From assembly GCF_001194135.2 (NCBI RefSeq), contig NC_068982.1, positions 15,789,974 through 15,853,973 on the forward strand: DNA of 64,000 nt, given 5' to 3'. Below are positions 26,311-39,177 of the stretch, one piece after another. The notes beneath the pieces were generated by a model. The model did not search any database and had not been told where the DNA came from. It worked only from the letters and a program-made list of their open reading frames with translations. Numbering within the stretch: position 1 is the stretch's first letter; every line of letters begins with the position of its first letter. Origin of the DNA: Octopus bimaculoides (taxonomy: Eukaryota). The position numbers and the translations under genes were made by a program.

Positions 26311-27469
26311 GAAAACAAAGATAGTGATCTGGCAGTCCCACTGTGTGGCACATTGGGCAAGTGTCTGCTACTATAGCCTCGGGCCAACCAAAGCCTTGTG
26401 AGCGGATTTGGTAGATGGAAACTGAAAGAAGCCCGTCGTATATATATATATGTATATATATGTGTGTCTGTGTTTGTCTGCCCTACATTGCTTGACAACC
26501 AATGCCGGTGTATTTACATACCCATAACTTAGCAGTTCAGCAATAGAGACCGATAGAATAAGTACTAAGCTTACAAAGAATAAGTCCTGGGGTTGATTTG
26601 TTTGACTAAAGGTGGTGCTCCAGCATGGCCACAGTCAAAGACTGAAACAAGTAAAAGAGTATGCCGGACAAACTGTTTGGTAACATGTCATGTCTCTATG
26701 TTCTGAGATTAAATTCTACCAAGATTGACTGTGCATTTGTCTCTTTTGGGTTCAATGTAATAAGTACCAGTTAACTTCTGGGGTCAATGTAACTGACTCT
26801 CCCCTTCCTTCAAAATTTCAGGCTTTGTATCTATAGCAGAAAGAATTATTTGTATTGGTGAAGACAGGGAATTGCCAGAATTGTTAACATGCCACACAAA
26901 ATGCTGCCAAGCATTTCGTCTGTCTTTATGTTCTGAGTTCAAATTTCACTAAGGCGGACTTTGGTTTTCATCCTTCCAGGGTCAATGAAATAAGTACCAG
27001 TTGAACACTTGGGTTGATGTAATTAACTAACAATATCTCATGCAATATCTCAGGCCTTGTACCTAAAGTAGAAAGAATTATTTGTAATGGTTATAATCAG
27101 AAGAATAAGACCTCTACTCATAATCTTTTGTTGTACCTGTGTCTGAAAATGATTGCATGAAATTCCTCTAGACCTGAGACCTGTCCCCAAAGTTTGCAAC
27201 AAAGACATTCAAAGGTCAAGTCTTGCTTTGGCATGATTTTTACAGCTGGATGCTCTTCCTGATGCCAAACATTTTCACAGAGCAGAATGGGTGCTTTTAA
27301 CACGATATCAACACTTCGCTCCAATATAGTTTTAGATATTCTTATTTAAGGTAATTTCGGCTGCTATTCCTCCCAGATCAAATGGAAAAAAAAAAAAAAA
27401 AAAAAAAATCCTTTTTTTATTCCTTCAGAGAAATATTCCTTTTTCTACATTAATCATCCTCTAGATATC

Positions 27470-27910
27470 ATCCACCCTTCACAGGCTGACTAGCATGGAT
27501 TACTATCTCAAATTTTTTATCCTCTCCTTATACATTCTCTGTATTTCAAGTCTGTCCAAATTTGATAATCTCCCGATGTAATTCTTGGATTTCCTCTTCC
27601 TCTTTACAAATTCCATTTTGGCTTCTATTGCCTTCTATTAATGGTCTCTATAAACCATTTTTTCTAATTTAGTGTCCATAACATTTTTAGTTTTACCTCT
27701 TTGGTGACTAATAAAATATTCTTAGTTTCTGCCATTCTTAGTTCTTCATTATTATTTTTGTATTTTGTCCATAATGTTCTGAAAGATCTTTTATGCAACC
27801 ACATTTCAAACACTTTGAATATAATTTATAATTCTGTAATACTTTAATGTCTATGTTTCAGCTAAATGGACCATGTGTGACATTTTAATAATTCTTTTCT
27901 AGTTTCAATA
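27470..27910 (-). mobile_element. Degenerate RTE LINE 3' remnant
   Basis: The minus frame reads RGRGNPRITSGDYQIWTDLKYRECIRRG*, similar to the RTE terminal GRPR..W.D.I..WTGL...EC.R motif. Confidence 0.55.
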
Positions 27911-28182
27911 TATTAAGGCGTTTTAGTATCGATAAGTCTGACCTAGAATAAGGCAGCATTCTCTCAGAATTGTTACCATGTTGGATAAAATGCTTGGTGG
28001 TGTTTTTCTCGACTTTACGTTCTGAGTTCAAATCCCACTGAGGTCGACTTTGTCTTTCATCCTTTCAAGGTCAATAAAACAAGTACCAGTTGAGCGCTGG
28101 GATTAATGTAATCGACTGACCTCTCCTACCCTCAAAATTGCTGGCCTTGTGCCGAAATTTGAAATCAATATGCTTGGTTTAA

Positions 28183-28979
28183 GCCTTTAGCATTCAGATT
28201 ACTCTGTTGAATGTAACGCTTATTTTGTTCTTTTACATGTTTCAGTCATTTGACTGTGGCCATGCTGGAGCACTGCCTTTAGTCGAACAAATTGACCCCC
28301 AGAACTTATTCTTTGTAAGCTTAGTNNNNNNNNNNTGCCTTTAGTCGAACAAATTGACCCCCAGAACTTATTCTTTGTAAGCTTAGTACTTATTCTATTG
28401 GTCTCTTTTGCTGAACTGCTAAGTTACAGGGACGCAAACACACCAACATCGGTTGTCAAGCGACGGTGGAGGAGGGGACAAACACATATATATATATTCG
28501 ATGGGGGCTTCTTTCAGTTTCCGTCTACCAAATCCACTCACAAAGCTTTGGTCGGCCCGAGGCTATAAGAAGACACTTGCCAAGGTGCGACACAGTGGGA
28601 CTGAACCTGGAACCATGTGGTTGGTAAACAAGCTACTTACAACTCAGCCACTCATTTATATTGTTTTGAATTTATCCTGCGTTGTCTTGTAGCTTTGAAA
28701 TTTTGATGAAGTGATTATTTATTTTTAGAATGACATTGTAGAGTAAGTGTGAGAGGTCAGATCTGGCCAGTTTGAACATATAACAAGTAGAATATTTTGG
28801 CCAGAGATCATCATCATCATCGTTTAACGTCTGCTTTCCATGCTAGCATGGGTTGGACGATTTGACTGAGGACTGGTGAAACCGGATGGCAACACCAGGC
28901 TCCAATCTAATTTGGCAGAGTTTCTACAGCTGGATGCCCTTCCTAACGCCAACCACTGGCGAGTTTAAATGTAACAGGG
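28183..28979 (+). mobile_element. piggyBac-like MITE (family P) interrupted by a family A and a family C element
   Basis: TTAA-GCCTTTAGCATTCAG ... AACAGGG-TTAA. The body matches copies at about 41100-41293, 47129-47590 and 61987-62746. Confidence 0.7.
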
Positions 28980-29051
28980 TTAAAAGAATAACTTGAATAT
29001 CGTCTCACAAATAATATATTCATTTTGCTTCTTTTTTTCATTTAATTCCAG

Positions 29052-29275
29052 AACCGAAATGTTGTCCGATGGTTTATATTTGGTTTACGGAACAAAGTAT
29101 TACCATTTCTTGAAACTTATGACACATCTGAGAATTGGAAGAAGAAAAAGCCTCTTCATTATTATGACTTAGCGGAATGTAAGCAAATCACATACAACGC
29201 AGGGAGTCACCTTACGAATTATTCATTTTGTTTGTTGTTACCTGACAAGGTTTTAGAGCTGAAAGCAAAAAATAG
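29052..29275 (+). CDS. Coding exon 2: NRNVVRWFIFGLRNKVLPFLETYDTSENWKKKKPLHYYDLAECKQITYNAGSHLTNYSFCLLLPDKVLELKAKN(R) (PH core)
   Basis: Acceptor ttaattccAG at 29050-29051 and donor AG/GTAAA at 29276. It has 74 open codons plus 2 nt, with the PH-like RWF and final beta-strand pattern. Not listed in the ORF track. Confidence 0.88.
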
Positions 29276-29798
29276 GTAAATATATTTAATTTTCTGCTGT
29301 TTCATAAACTCTGGTATTTTTGTTTCTTGTTTTACATGCTGGTACCATGTAAAAAAAAGCCCCATGTGCCAGCCAAAAGCATGTGCATTGGGAGTGTGCG
29401 AACACACACATGAAACACGCATGAACACACACACACACACACACACACATGAATGCACAAGAGACACATGAACACACACACATACACGACTGGCTTCTTT
29501 AAAGTTTCTGTCTCACGAATTCCATTCACAAAACATTGGCCAACCCAAAGATATCATAGATCGCACTTGGCCCAGGTGTCACACAACAAAATTGAACCTG
29601 AAGCTGTATCATTATGAAACTAACTTCGTAACCACACAGGCATCTCTGTATCTTACATTTATCATTTTGTAACAATTCCTTCACAAAGCAATACAAAAAC
29701 AAATGTAACAGTACATGTGTGTTTTAAATGGCTTGGGTGACTCAACCTGGATGCAAATGCTTCAGTTTCAACACAATCTCAAATGAATTCATTTACAA

Positions 29799-30107
29799 AA
29801 CAAGAGCACTCAGAGAGCGCAAACCTCCGCCAAGGCAACATCAACACCCTCTCAATGATTAGTTAGAGATTATTTTTAAAGTGAGAATATCTGAAATGAA
29901 CCCGACTGCTCTCAAAAATTAAGTAAAAATACCAAAAAAAAAATTAATACAGAATCCTTGTCCGGTACTGGGTCGATTCCAAAATCTAATCAGTTCATGC
30001 CAGTCGCGAGGCCAAACATCCCTGAAAATTTCATCCATATCCATCCAGCAGTTCTTGAGATATTTTGTCCCCGGACAAACAAACAAACACGACTGCAAAC
30101 AATACAC
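29799..30107. mobile_element. Helentron-associated non-autonomous element (HINE-like), one end lost
   Basis: Terminal AACAAGAG, hairpin GCACTC-AGA-GAGCGC, subterminal acctccgccaagg motif and internal (CAAA)n. Architecture recalled from HINE elements. Confidence 0.5.
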
Positions 30108-31453
30108 TGGGGTCAATGTCATCGACTTAACCCCTCCCCTGAATTTGCTGGCCTTGTGTCAAAATTTGATACCAATATTTTATTATTGTTCTCTGGTAAC
30201 TTTTAAAGAAAGGTGGTGGGCAGACAGAATTGTTATAATGCTGGGTAGAATGTTTAGCAGGATTCTTTTCTGTCTTTAGGTTCTGAGTTCAAACGCTGCT
30301 GAGGTTGACTTTGCCTTTCATCCTTTCTGGGTCAATAAAATAAATACCAGTCGAACATTGCAATCTATGTAATCAACTTATCCAATTCACTTGAAATTGT
30401 TGGCCTTGTGCTAAAATTTGAAATCAATATCTTGTTATTGTGTTGGAACTTCTCTTTGGAAATCAGAAGACATATTGGCCCATAATGCTACTGGAGTAGA
30501 ACTTTTACCCACTCACAGAACATTCTAAACAATGCCACACAATGTTTTGGAAGAAGTTGACATTCAATTACTTAAATTCTTTCATATATGTGATATTTAT
30601 TTGTATTGAACTCAGAAGAATGAAAGACGAAATCGAATCCAAAATTATTTGGTTACCGAACGCTAACAGCAGTTGCTAAATACTATAATGCACTCTGTGA
30701 AGTGCTCTCTTAGCTGTACTGATTCTGTTCATCCGCTAATCTCGAAAATATAAGAAACAATAAAAATTACCCAAATCTAATATCAATCCGTATAAGCAAT
30801 TCAAACAAAACTGTTTATTATCCTCCGACAATCCTGTTTCAATCTAAAGCATTGTAATTCTGTTACCATGACTGTTGCTTTTAAGATTTCCAATATATAC
30901 TTTGGTAACTAACCATCAATCTGTCATATGTTCAGAATTTACCACGTACGTTTACTGAAATCTTCACAAGTTATAGGCTCTGCTATTTTATTACATTGAT
31001 TTCTTCTCCATAAATGCACACCACGGCCATTTTGTATATTTTTATGACTTTTATAAGTTTTAGTAAATAAAGGGCAGCATCAGTGATATTTAAGCTCCCC
31101 TTAATGCTTTTGTTTTTTTGTTTTATTATTTATTTATCTCTTCAATAATGGAGCAACCAACAATTATAGAGAGGCTGGACTGGTAGAGTGTGTAAGGCTA
31201 GACGTCTTATACTATTCAATAAAAGTGGATGCTAGCCTAATTGATGAAGTAAACCATGAAATTTTCATCAATTAAAAATCAATAACGGACAAGAAAAATA
31301 CACATATCATGAATTTCTTCCTAAGTAATTGTTTCTTTGTCTATAAGAAATGTCTTGGTTCAGAAAATGTTAAATTAATAAACCTCGGGTTATGTCTTGT
31401 TGATGATTTCTAAAGAAGAGTGAAATAGTGCCTCACATGATTACCACTAACTA

Positions 31454-32654
31454 TTAGGTTGTTTCACGTGAAATGTCACATTTTTAATTACTTGTTATTT
31501 GTCATTTAAAAACTCAATTATGTATACCTTGCATTTAATCTTGACTCTTTTTCTTTCCCAACAATATTGGTATACAAAATTCGTACCCACAGACCTTATG
31601 AAAATTATAACAACCAATCTATGTTGAGTGATTTTCTCGTATGAGTACGAACTGGGTCACTCTGCCGCAGAAGCTCTACAGAATATCAAGCGGGACTTTG
31701 TTAATGGTTTTGTTGACATAAGAACTGTTCAGAGATGATTCCAAAGCTCTCGTCCAGGAGATGATAGCCTTGAAAATAAATCAGTTATTTGGCATGATGG
31801 ATTAAATGCTTTGGTTGAACAAAATCCGAGAATAAAGGTTTGAAAACTTTCTCCAGAACTCCAGACATCTTTGCACAACTGTCTTTGGACATCTGTGAAG
31901 ACAGATAGGTTTGTTCCGTGTCATTTGAACGAGATTCAAAAAACAGATGCCTTGAAGTGAGCTCCTTATTGTTTTCCCAACTGGAAAAAGATCATATTTG
32001 CATCAAGTCATTACTTGTGATGAGAAATGGATACTCTTTGACAACAGCAAGAGAACAGGACAGTGATTAGATGCAGGGGAGTCACCTAAACCCACCATTG
32101 CACCCTAAAAAGTTAGTGGTCACTGTATAGTGGGTCTGCAAAGAGAGTTATTCATTATTCATTTTTGCAACAAGGAAAAACGGTAACAGCAACATCGTAT
32201 TGCCAAGAAATTGATTGTATGCATGAGAATTTGAAAAAGAAGCAACTCAGACTAGTGAATAGAGATGGCCCAATTTTGCTCCATGACAATGCATGTCCTC
32301 ACACTCTTCCAGCTACGGTCCAAAAGTTGCAAAGCCTGAATTATGAGAGTTTGCAACATCCTCCAAATTCTTCTGATATCTCTCCTACTGATCATCACTT
32401 ATTTAAGCATTTTGAGCTTTTCACAAGCAATAAAACATTCTTAAATAGAGAAGAGGTAATTGAAGCATTCGGACAGTTTATCACAGCAAAAGATGAATTT
32501 TTTTTAAAGATGGAATATATGGCATAGAGAAACGTTGGGTAAGCGTCATAAATGAATATGGATCATACTTTGATTAAATAAATCAGTTCTCTAAGACTTC
32601 TGAAACATTTTATTGTTACCTTTCAAATATGACATTTCATGTGAAACAACCTAA
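31454..32654 (+). mobile_element. Full-length non-functional mariner transposon (DD34D)
   Basis: TA duplications at 31452-31453 and 32655-32656. TIRs of about 30 bp TTAGGTTGTTTCAC(G/A)TGAAATGTCA(C/T)ATTT. Transposase motifs ITCDEKW, HDNACPH and SSDISPTDHHLF, with stops and frameshifts. Confidence 0.95.
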
Positions 32655-33430
32655 TAGAAGTTTTAAGAACTTCATAATAAGAAAGCAGTAAAATAAAAAC
32701 ATTAAATATGTACATTTTGTGAAATTTCACATTTAAGCTTCTACTCCTTCCAAATACTATGAAAGAATGATTATCTCCGTTGTATTAACTGTCCACTAGG
32801 CTACACCATGTGTTTAAAAATGATATGGATCATGATTAAAATAATCATTCTGATAGCAGGGGAAACAACACCAAAATTTAAATTAATTATAATTAATTAA
32901 ACATGGAATGTAATGGGGGAGTGAATCTTATCATTAGCAATACAGTAGACAACTTCAGACATGTTTCAGTATTATTGGATTTCATCAGACTTGGATGGCA
33001 TTATCTTAGAATGACAAAAGAGATTTAGGACTTTTGTGAATGAACTCAGAGTTTGTTTATTTGTTTCAACATCTGTTTATCTCTGCTAACAAGGGTTTGG
33101 TCAGTGAGATATTTTCTCTTTTCACTTTTATTCATTTCAGTCATTAAGCTATCGCCATGCTGGAGCACTATCTTGGAGAACTTTAATCGAATGAATCTAT
33201 CTCAGTACTTTTTTTTTAAAGCCTAGTACATCTTCTATTGGGGACATAAACACGCTAACACAGGTTGTCAACCAGGGTTTGGTACAAACAGAGACACAAA
33301 GACACACACATCTATACTCTTTTACTCTTTTACTTGTTTCAGTCATTTGACTGCAGCCATGCTGGAGCACTGCCTTTAGTTGAGCAAATCGACCCCAGGA
33401 CTTATTCTTTGTAAGCCTAGTACTTATTCT

Positions 33431-33615
33431 TATTTCTTTATTGCCCACAAGGGGCTAAACATAAAGGGATTACATCGACCCCAGTGCGTAACTGGTACTC
33501 CAAAAGGATGAAAGGCAAAGTCGACCTTGGCAGAATTTGAACTCAGAACGTAGCGGCAAGCGAAATACTGCTAAGCATTTCACCCAGCTTGCTAACGTTT
33601 CTGCCAGCTCGCTGC
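33431..33615 (-). mobile_element. Family B SINE (B1 tail) inserted into a family A SINE with a 15-bp TSD
   Basis: CCTAGTACTTATTCT at 33416-33430 and 33616-33630. Confidence 0.9.
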
Positions 33616-34525
33616 CCTAGTACTTATTCTATCAAGCGATGTTGGGGGAACAAACACAGACACACACATATACACATACGACAGGCTTCTTTCAGTTTCC
33701 GTCTACCAAATGCACTCACAAGGCTTTGGTCGGCCTGAGGCTATAGTAGAAGACACTTGTCCAAGATGCCACACAGTGGGACTAAACCCGGAACCATGTG
33801 GTTCGTAAGCAAGCCACACAGCCACTCCTACGCTTATATATATATATATACATATATATTTATATAGAATATACACCCACATGTCATCGCCACTGATGGC
33901 AATGGTGATGGTGGTGGTGGAAAGGATAATGACATACATATACGACCGACTCATGCTGTTTTTGTGTGTCTACAAAATTCCATTTATAAAGATTTGGTGC
34001 TATAATACAAGACATTGGCCTAAGGTACTGGAACCATGCTGCTGTAAAAAAGAACTTCACCACCAAATGGTTCTGCCTACATCTAACACCAATTAGAGAG
34101 CTAATATCTGCCATGATATTTATCACAAGGTCCACCCCAGATATTAGTTAAATATAAAGGAAAATACTGAATTACAGAAATAAAAAAAAGAAACAATTCT
34201 GTCTTTTCACTTATTGTTATACCATTTTCTCATGGTGCCATTTCATAGACAGAAACTTGTCTACATGAAACAGCCATTTATCCAAGATCTATCTATCTGT
34301 TTGTCTATCTATCTATCTATCTGTCTACAGGCACAGGCATGGCTGTGTGGTAAGAAGCTTTCTTCTCAACTACATGGTTCTAAGTTCAGTCCCACTGTGT
34401 GGCACCTTGGACAAATGTCTTCTTCTGTAGCCTCAGGCCAGCCAAAGCTTTGCAAGTGGGTTTGGTAGATGGAAACGAAAGAAGCCCATCATATAAGTAG
34501 ATAAATAAATAAATATGTGTGTGTA

Positions 34526-34556
<31 letters not shown>

Positions 34557-34786
34557 GAATGTATACATATATATATATATATATGAATGTATACATATAT
34601 ATATGTAGTAGAATAAAAGATAGAAAGTCTTTTGTACAGTATTATATGTTTGAGAAAATAAATAGAAATGGTGTTTCCAATAATTTTTCCACCTAATAAC
34701 CTATAATTACTAAAATGGAAAAATTATCAGAAAAGTCATTTCTATTCATCTTTTACAAATAGGTATGTGTATACATACATACATAC

Positions 34787-34824
<38 letters not shown>

Positions 34825-35355
34825 AGGGGCAAAACTACAAGGACTTACTGGACTCTGAATGAGGAGGACATCGGCTGCGAATGATCCATGTATCTTGCTT
34901 TTGTCCTGTTTGACATTTGTCGTACTATCGTCTATTTTTCCACATCATGTGTTTTGTTGGTTTCCATTTGTTGTGTTCTTTCTGTCCTACCTTTGCTTCA
35001 TACATACATACATACATACATACATACAACTTCTATGCTGAAGTTGAGACATGTTCTTTGTCTATCTCCTTAACTTCTTGGAGATTTTAGGTATAATTAT
35101 ACTAATGTGTCCATCTGTTCTAATTTAATTAAATTCTATGTCTCTGTGCAACTGAGGATTGCTCTGCATTTTAAATTGATGTAACAATTGCATTGTTTAA
35201 TTAAATGGAGTTGCATGAAACGATTGTACTGCATTACCTCTGGATATCCTTGTTGCTTATTTTGATATATACAGTGTAAGACATAAATTAGAGGTATTTA
35301 TAAGATATATGGTAGTAGGTAATTTAAAGGTAAAACTGTGGTTTAATATATATAA

Positions 35356-35486
35356 AGATGATAAGAAATGGAGCAATAATTAACAATGAGAAGTGGATCG
35401 TTGATGTTATAATTAATTAAATAATGACTTTATAACACCAGTGATCCACTTCTCACTGTTATTTATTGCTCCATTTCTTATCGTCT
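35356..35486. repeat. Foldback element, arms of about 57 bp, in a TA-repeat context
   Basis: agatgataagaaatggagcaataattaacaatgagaagtggatc... pairs with ...gatccacttctcactgttatttattgctccatttcttatcgtct. Confidence 0.9.
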
Positions 35487-36009
35487 ATATATATATATAT
35501 ATATATGTATAAATGTATCTATATATATATATGTGTGTGTTTGTGTGTCTGTTTGTCCCCTCACCATCGCTTAACAACTGATGCTGGTGTGTTTACGTCC
35601 CCGTAACTTTGCAGTTTGGCAAAAAAGACCGATAGAATAAGTATCCGGCTTACAAAGAATAAATTCTGGGGTTGATTTGTTCGACTAAAGTGGGGTGCTC
35701 CAGCATGGCCACAGTCAAATGACTGAAACAAATAAAGGAATCAAAGAATAACAGAATAAAATGTAGAACCACACAAAACAGGCAAATAAATAAATTGGTC
35801 CCAAATTTGTTTGGCATCTTTGAATCCTGAAGAAAGAGAAGCTGTTTGTAATGTATATATATTCTTATATAGACTTTTATCAACATATGTAACTCATCAT
35901 TGCATTAGCCATTGTGGAAAACAACAAAACAAAAACAAAAAAAAATTTGTTTTTTTTAATGTTTTTGTTTGTTTTGTTGTTTATCACTATCATCAACATC
36001 AGGGTCTCC

Positions 36010-36420
36010 ACCACCACTACTAGTAGTACTACTACTACTAATGCTGCTGCTACTGGTGTTGCTGTTGTTACTACCACCACCACCACTACTGCAACTACTA
36101 CCACCACCACCACCACTACTGCAACTACTACCACCACCACCACTACTGCAACTACTACAATTACAACAACAGTTACTACTACCACCTCCATAATTAACAA
36201 ACAAATACTACTACTGCTGCTACTGCAACTACTACTACAAAAGCAACCACAGTTGCTACCACCACCACCACTAGCACCATTACTACTACTACTACAAAAG
36301 CAACCACAGTTACTACCACCACCTCCAAAACCATCATCACCACTAGCACTACTACTGCTGTTACTACTACCACTTCCACCACCACCACTATTATTGCCAC
36401 TACTGTTGTTGTTGTTTGTT
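36010..36420. repeat. (ACT/ACC)n compound trinucleotide tract
   Basis: Repeated actactaccaccaccaccactactgca units. Confidence 0.9.
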
Positions 36421-36689
36421 AGTAGTTTAGTTCCCGAATGAATTCTTGTCTTTTATCAACAGAACCACAACTAAAATGAGCTGAGTTTTCACCTCATGCA
36501 ACTGAAACAAAAAACAAAAAAAAAAAAGAAATTTCTCTTTACAGAGAAAAAAAAAAAAGTTGGTCTTCGTTTACATTTGACGATGCAGCAGTTTTTCTCT
36601 CTGAAATGAAGAGGAACTATTTCTGTAGTCAGAACTCTTCTCTCTCTCGTTCAGTCTTTTTGTTGTCTGACTTGGTAAAATGTAGTAGA

Positions 36690-37900
36690 ATATCTCTCTC
36701 TCTCTCTCTGTCTCTTCCTCTCTCTCTCCCTCTCTCAAACACACTCACAAATATTACCTCTCTCTCTGTCTCACTCACAAATATAGTCGTCCCTCTCTCT
36801 CTCACACACACACTTCTCTGTCTCTCCCTCTCTCATACACACACTTCTCTGTCTCTCCCTCTCTCATACACACACACACACACAAATATTACCTCTCTCT
36901 GTCTCTCCCTCTCTCAGACGCACTCACAAATATTACCTCTCTCTCTCTCTCTCACTTACAAATATAGTCGTCCCTCTCTCTCTCACACACACTTCTCTAT
37001 CTCTCCCTCTCTCAGATACACTCACAACTATAGTCGTCCCTCTCTCTCTCACACACACACTTCTCTGTCTTTCCCTCTCTCATACACACACACACACAAA
37101 TATTACCTCTCTCTCTCTGTCTCTCCCTCTCTCAGACGCACTCACAAATATTACCTCTCTCTCTCTCTCACTTACAAATATAATCGTCCCCCTCTCTCTC
37201 ACACACACTTCCGTCTCTCCCTCTCTCATACACACACACACACACACAAATATTACCTCTCTCTCTCACTCATACAAATATAGTCGTCCTTCTCTCTCTC
37301 TCACACACACTTCTCTCTGTCTCTGTCTCACCCTCTCTCATACACACACACACAAATATTATCTCTCTCTCTCACTCATACAAATATTGTCCTCCCCCCC
37401 TCTCTCTCACACACACTTCTCTTTGTCTCTCCCTCTCTCATATACACACATTCACAAATATTACCTCTCTCTCTCTCACTCACACAAATATAGTCCCCCT
37501 CTCTCTGTCTTTCACACACCTCTCTCAGACATACTCACAAATATTACCTCTCACACATACAAATACAGTCTCTCTCTCTCTCTCTTTTTCATACTCATAC
37601 ACAAATATAGTCTTTCCCTGTCTCTCACACACAAAAATACTCTCATTTCCTCTCTCTATTTCACTTGCTCTCTCTCTCTCTCTCTCTCTCTCNNNNNNNN
37701 NNTCTCACACACACACACACACTCACTTACAGATGTAGTAAATGTACTCTCCCCACTCACTCTCATACACACACATACAAATCTAGTAAACCCCTCTCTC
37801 ACATACATACAGTCATAAATGTGGTCTCTCTCTCTCTCTCTCTCTCTCTCTTTCACACTTTATTTCTCCTACAAACATACTCACACAGGGAAACACATAC
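36690..37900. repeat. Compound (CT)n/(CA)n minisatellite with recurring unique spacers
   Basis: Alternating cacaaatattacctctc and cacaaatatagtcgtccctc motifs, repeated more than 10 times. Confidence 0.9.
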
Positions 37901-38799
37901 AGTCTATCTCTCACTTTCTCTTCCTTTCTTTTTTTTTTTCAATTTGGTATATTTACAGTTTTAGAAGAACATTACCAAAGTATGCTTTCTTCCTCAATAA
38001 ACAAAAAAGTGCTACTCAACTATCTACTATTTTTTGTATTTGGAGACCACACACACACAAACACATAAGCATGCATGCACATACAGAATACACTTGCATT
38101 CATAGATACACACATCAAAGCATTGATGTATATATGCACATACATGTTGAATATAGACTGGATGTGAATATTTGCATCTTCAGTGCAAAAGAGTTCTACT
38201 CTAGTTAATCATGTCTGATAGATGTTTGGTTCTGCTTATGGCAGAGAGAAGTTAGACCTTGCACAAAACTGTTTAGCAACTTAGTTTGGCCAAAACCTGG
38301 TCCTTAATCATGATATTCTAATTATCCTCATCTTGTTATTATTATATTAATTGTGCTCTTCTTATTTTGACTTATGAGCCCCTTCTGACTTTTGTGGTAA
38401 GTAGCTTGCTTACCAACCACATGGTTCCGGGTTCAGTCCCACTGTGTGGCACCTTGGGCAAGTGTCTTCTACTATAGCCTCGTCAGTGGATTTGGTAGAT
38501 GGAAACTGCCCAAGGTGCCACGCCGTGGGACTGAACTTGGAACCACACAGCCATTCCTGTGCCTACATATATATGTATATATATATATCATTTTCAATAC
38601 ACAATTATAAAAGTGCAACTTATCCTGTCATGCTTTAAAATACATTAAATTGACTAACTTATATAACATGTCAAGTATCTCCAAGCAATCTGTCAGATAC
38701 AGTTCATAACGTTAGATGTAGTTTTTGCATTGGAGTAGGTATATTTTTGGGGTTTTCTACTACACACATACATACACACACACAAACACATATATAAGA

Positions 38800-39177
38800 G
38801 AGGTTAATAACACAGTATTCAATGTTTTAATAAGATGTCCATGTTAAGTTGGATACACAGATTACCTTTTAGCATTAATAGTGCTTCCATCACTAATAAT
38901 TAAATTTTATTAGTCAGCTGGATATTTGTAACTTCGTTATCTGAAAAGATGGTGTTGTTCTTTATATCATAACAGTGAGATTTGACTGGCATGTGGTGAC
39001 TGGATGCCTCCAACTGATGATTTTCAGTAGAATGAAATCACGATATGGGAATTGCAGCACCCACGACAGACAATTCTCGTCTGCTATGATCTGTGTGTGA
39101 GAGGGTCTCTCGAGGCTAATAATGCAGTATATGCTGTTCTAATAAGACATCCATGTTGTGTAGGATATAAAGATTAC

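Noticed and set aside
28273-28385. About 50-bp direct repeat within a family A SINE
   Set aside because: It flanks a 10-N gap and is most likely a scaffolding artefact.
35914-36441. Mucin-like poly-Thr ORF
   Set aside because: It is a trinucleotide repeat, and no splice sites tie it to the gene frame.
36440-36680. Unique island between two low-complexity blocks as an alternative first exon
   Set aside because: Only a weak donor (TTG/GTAAAA) is present, with no independent support.
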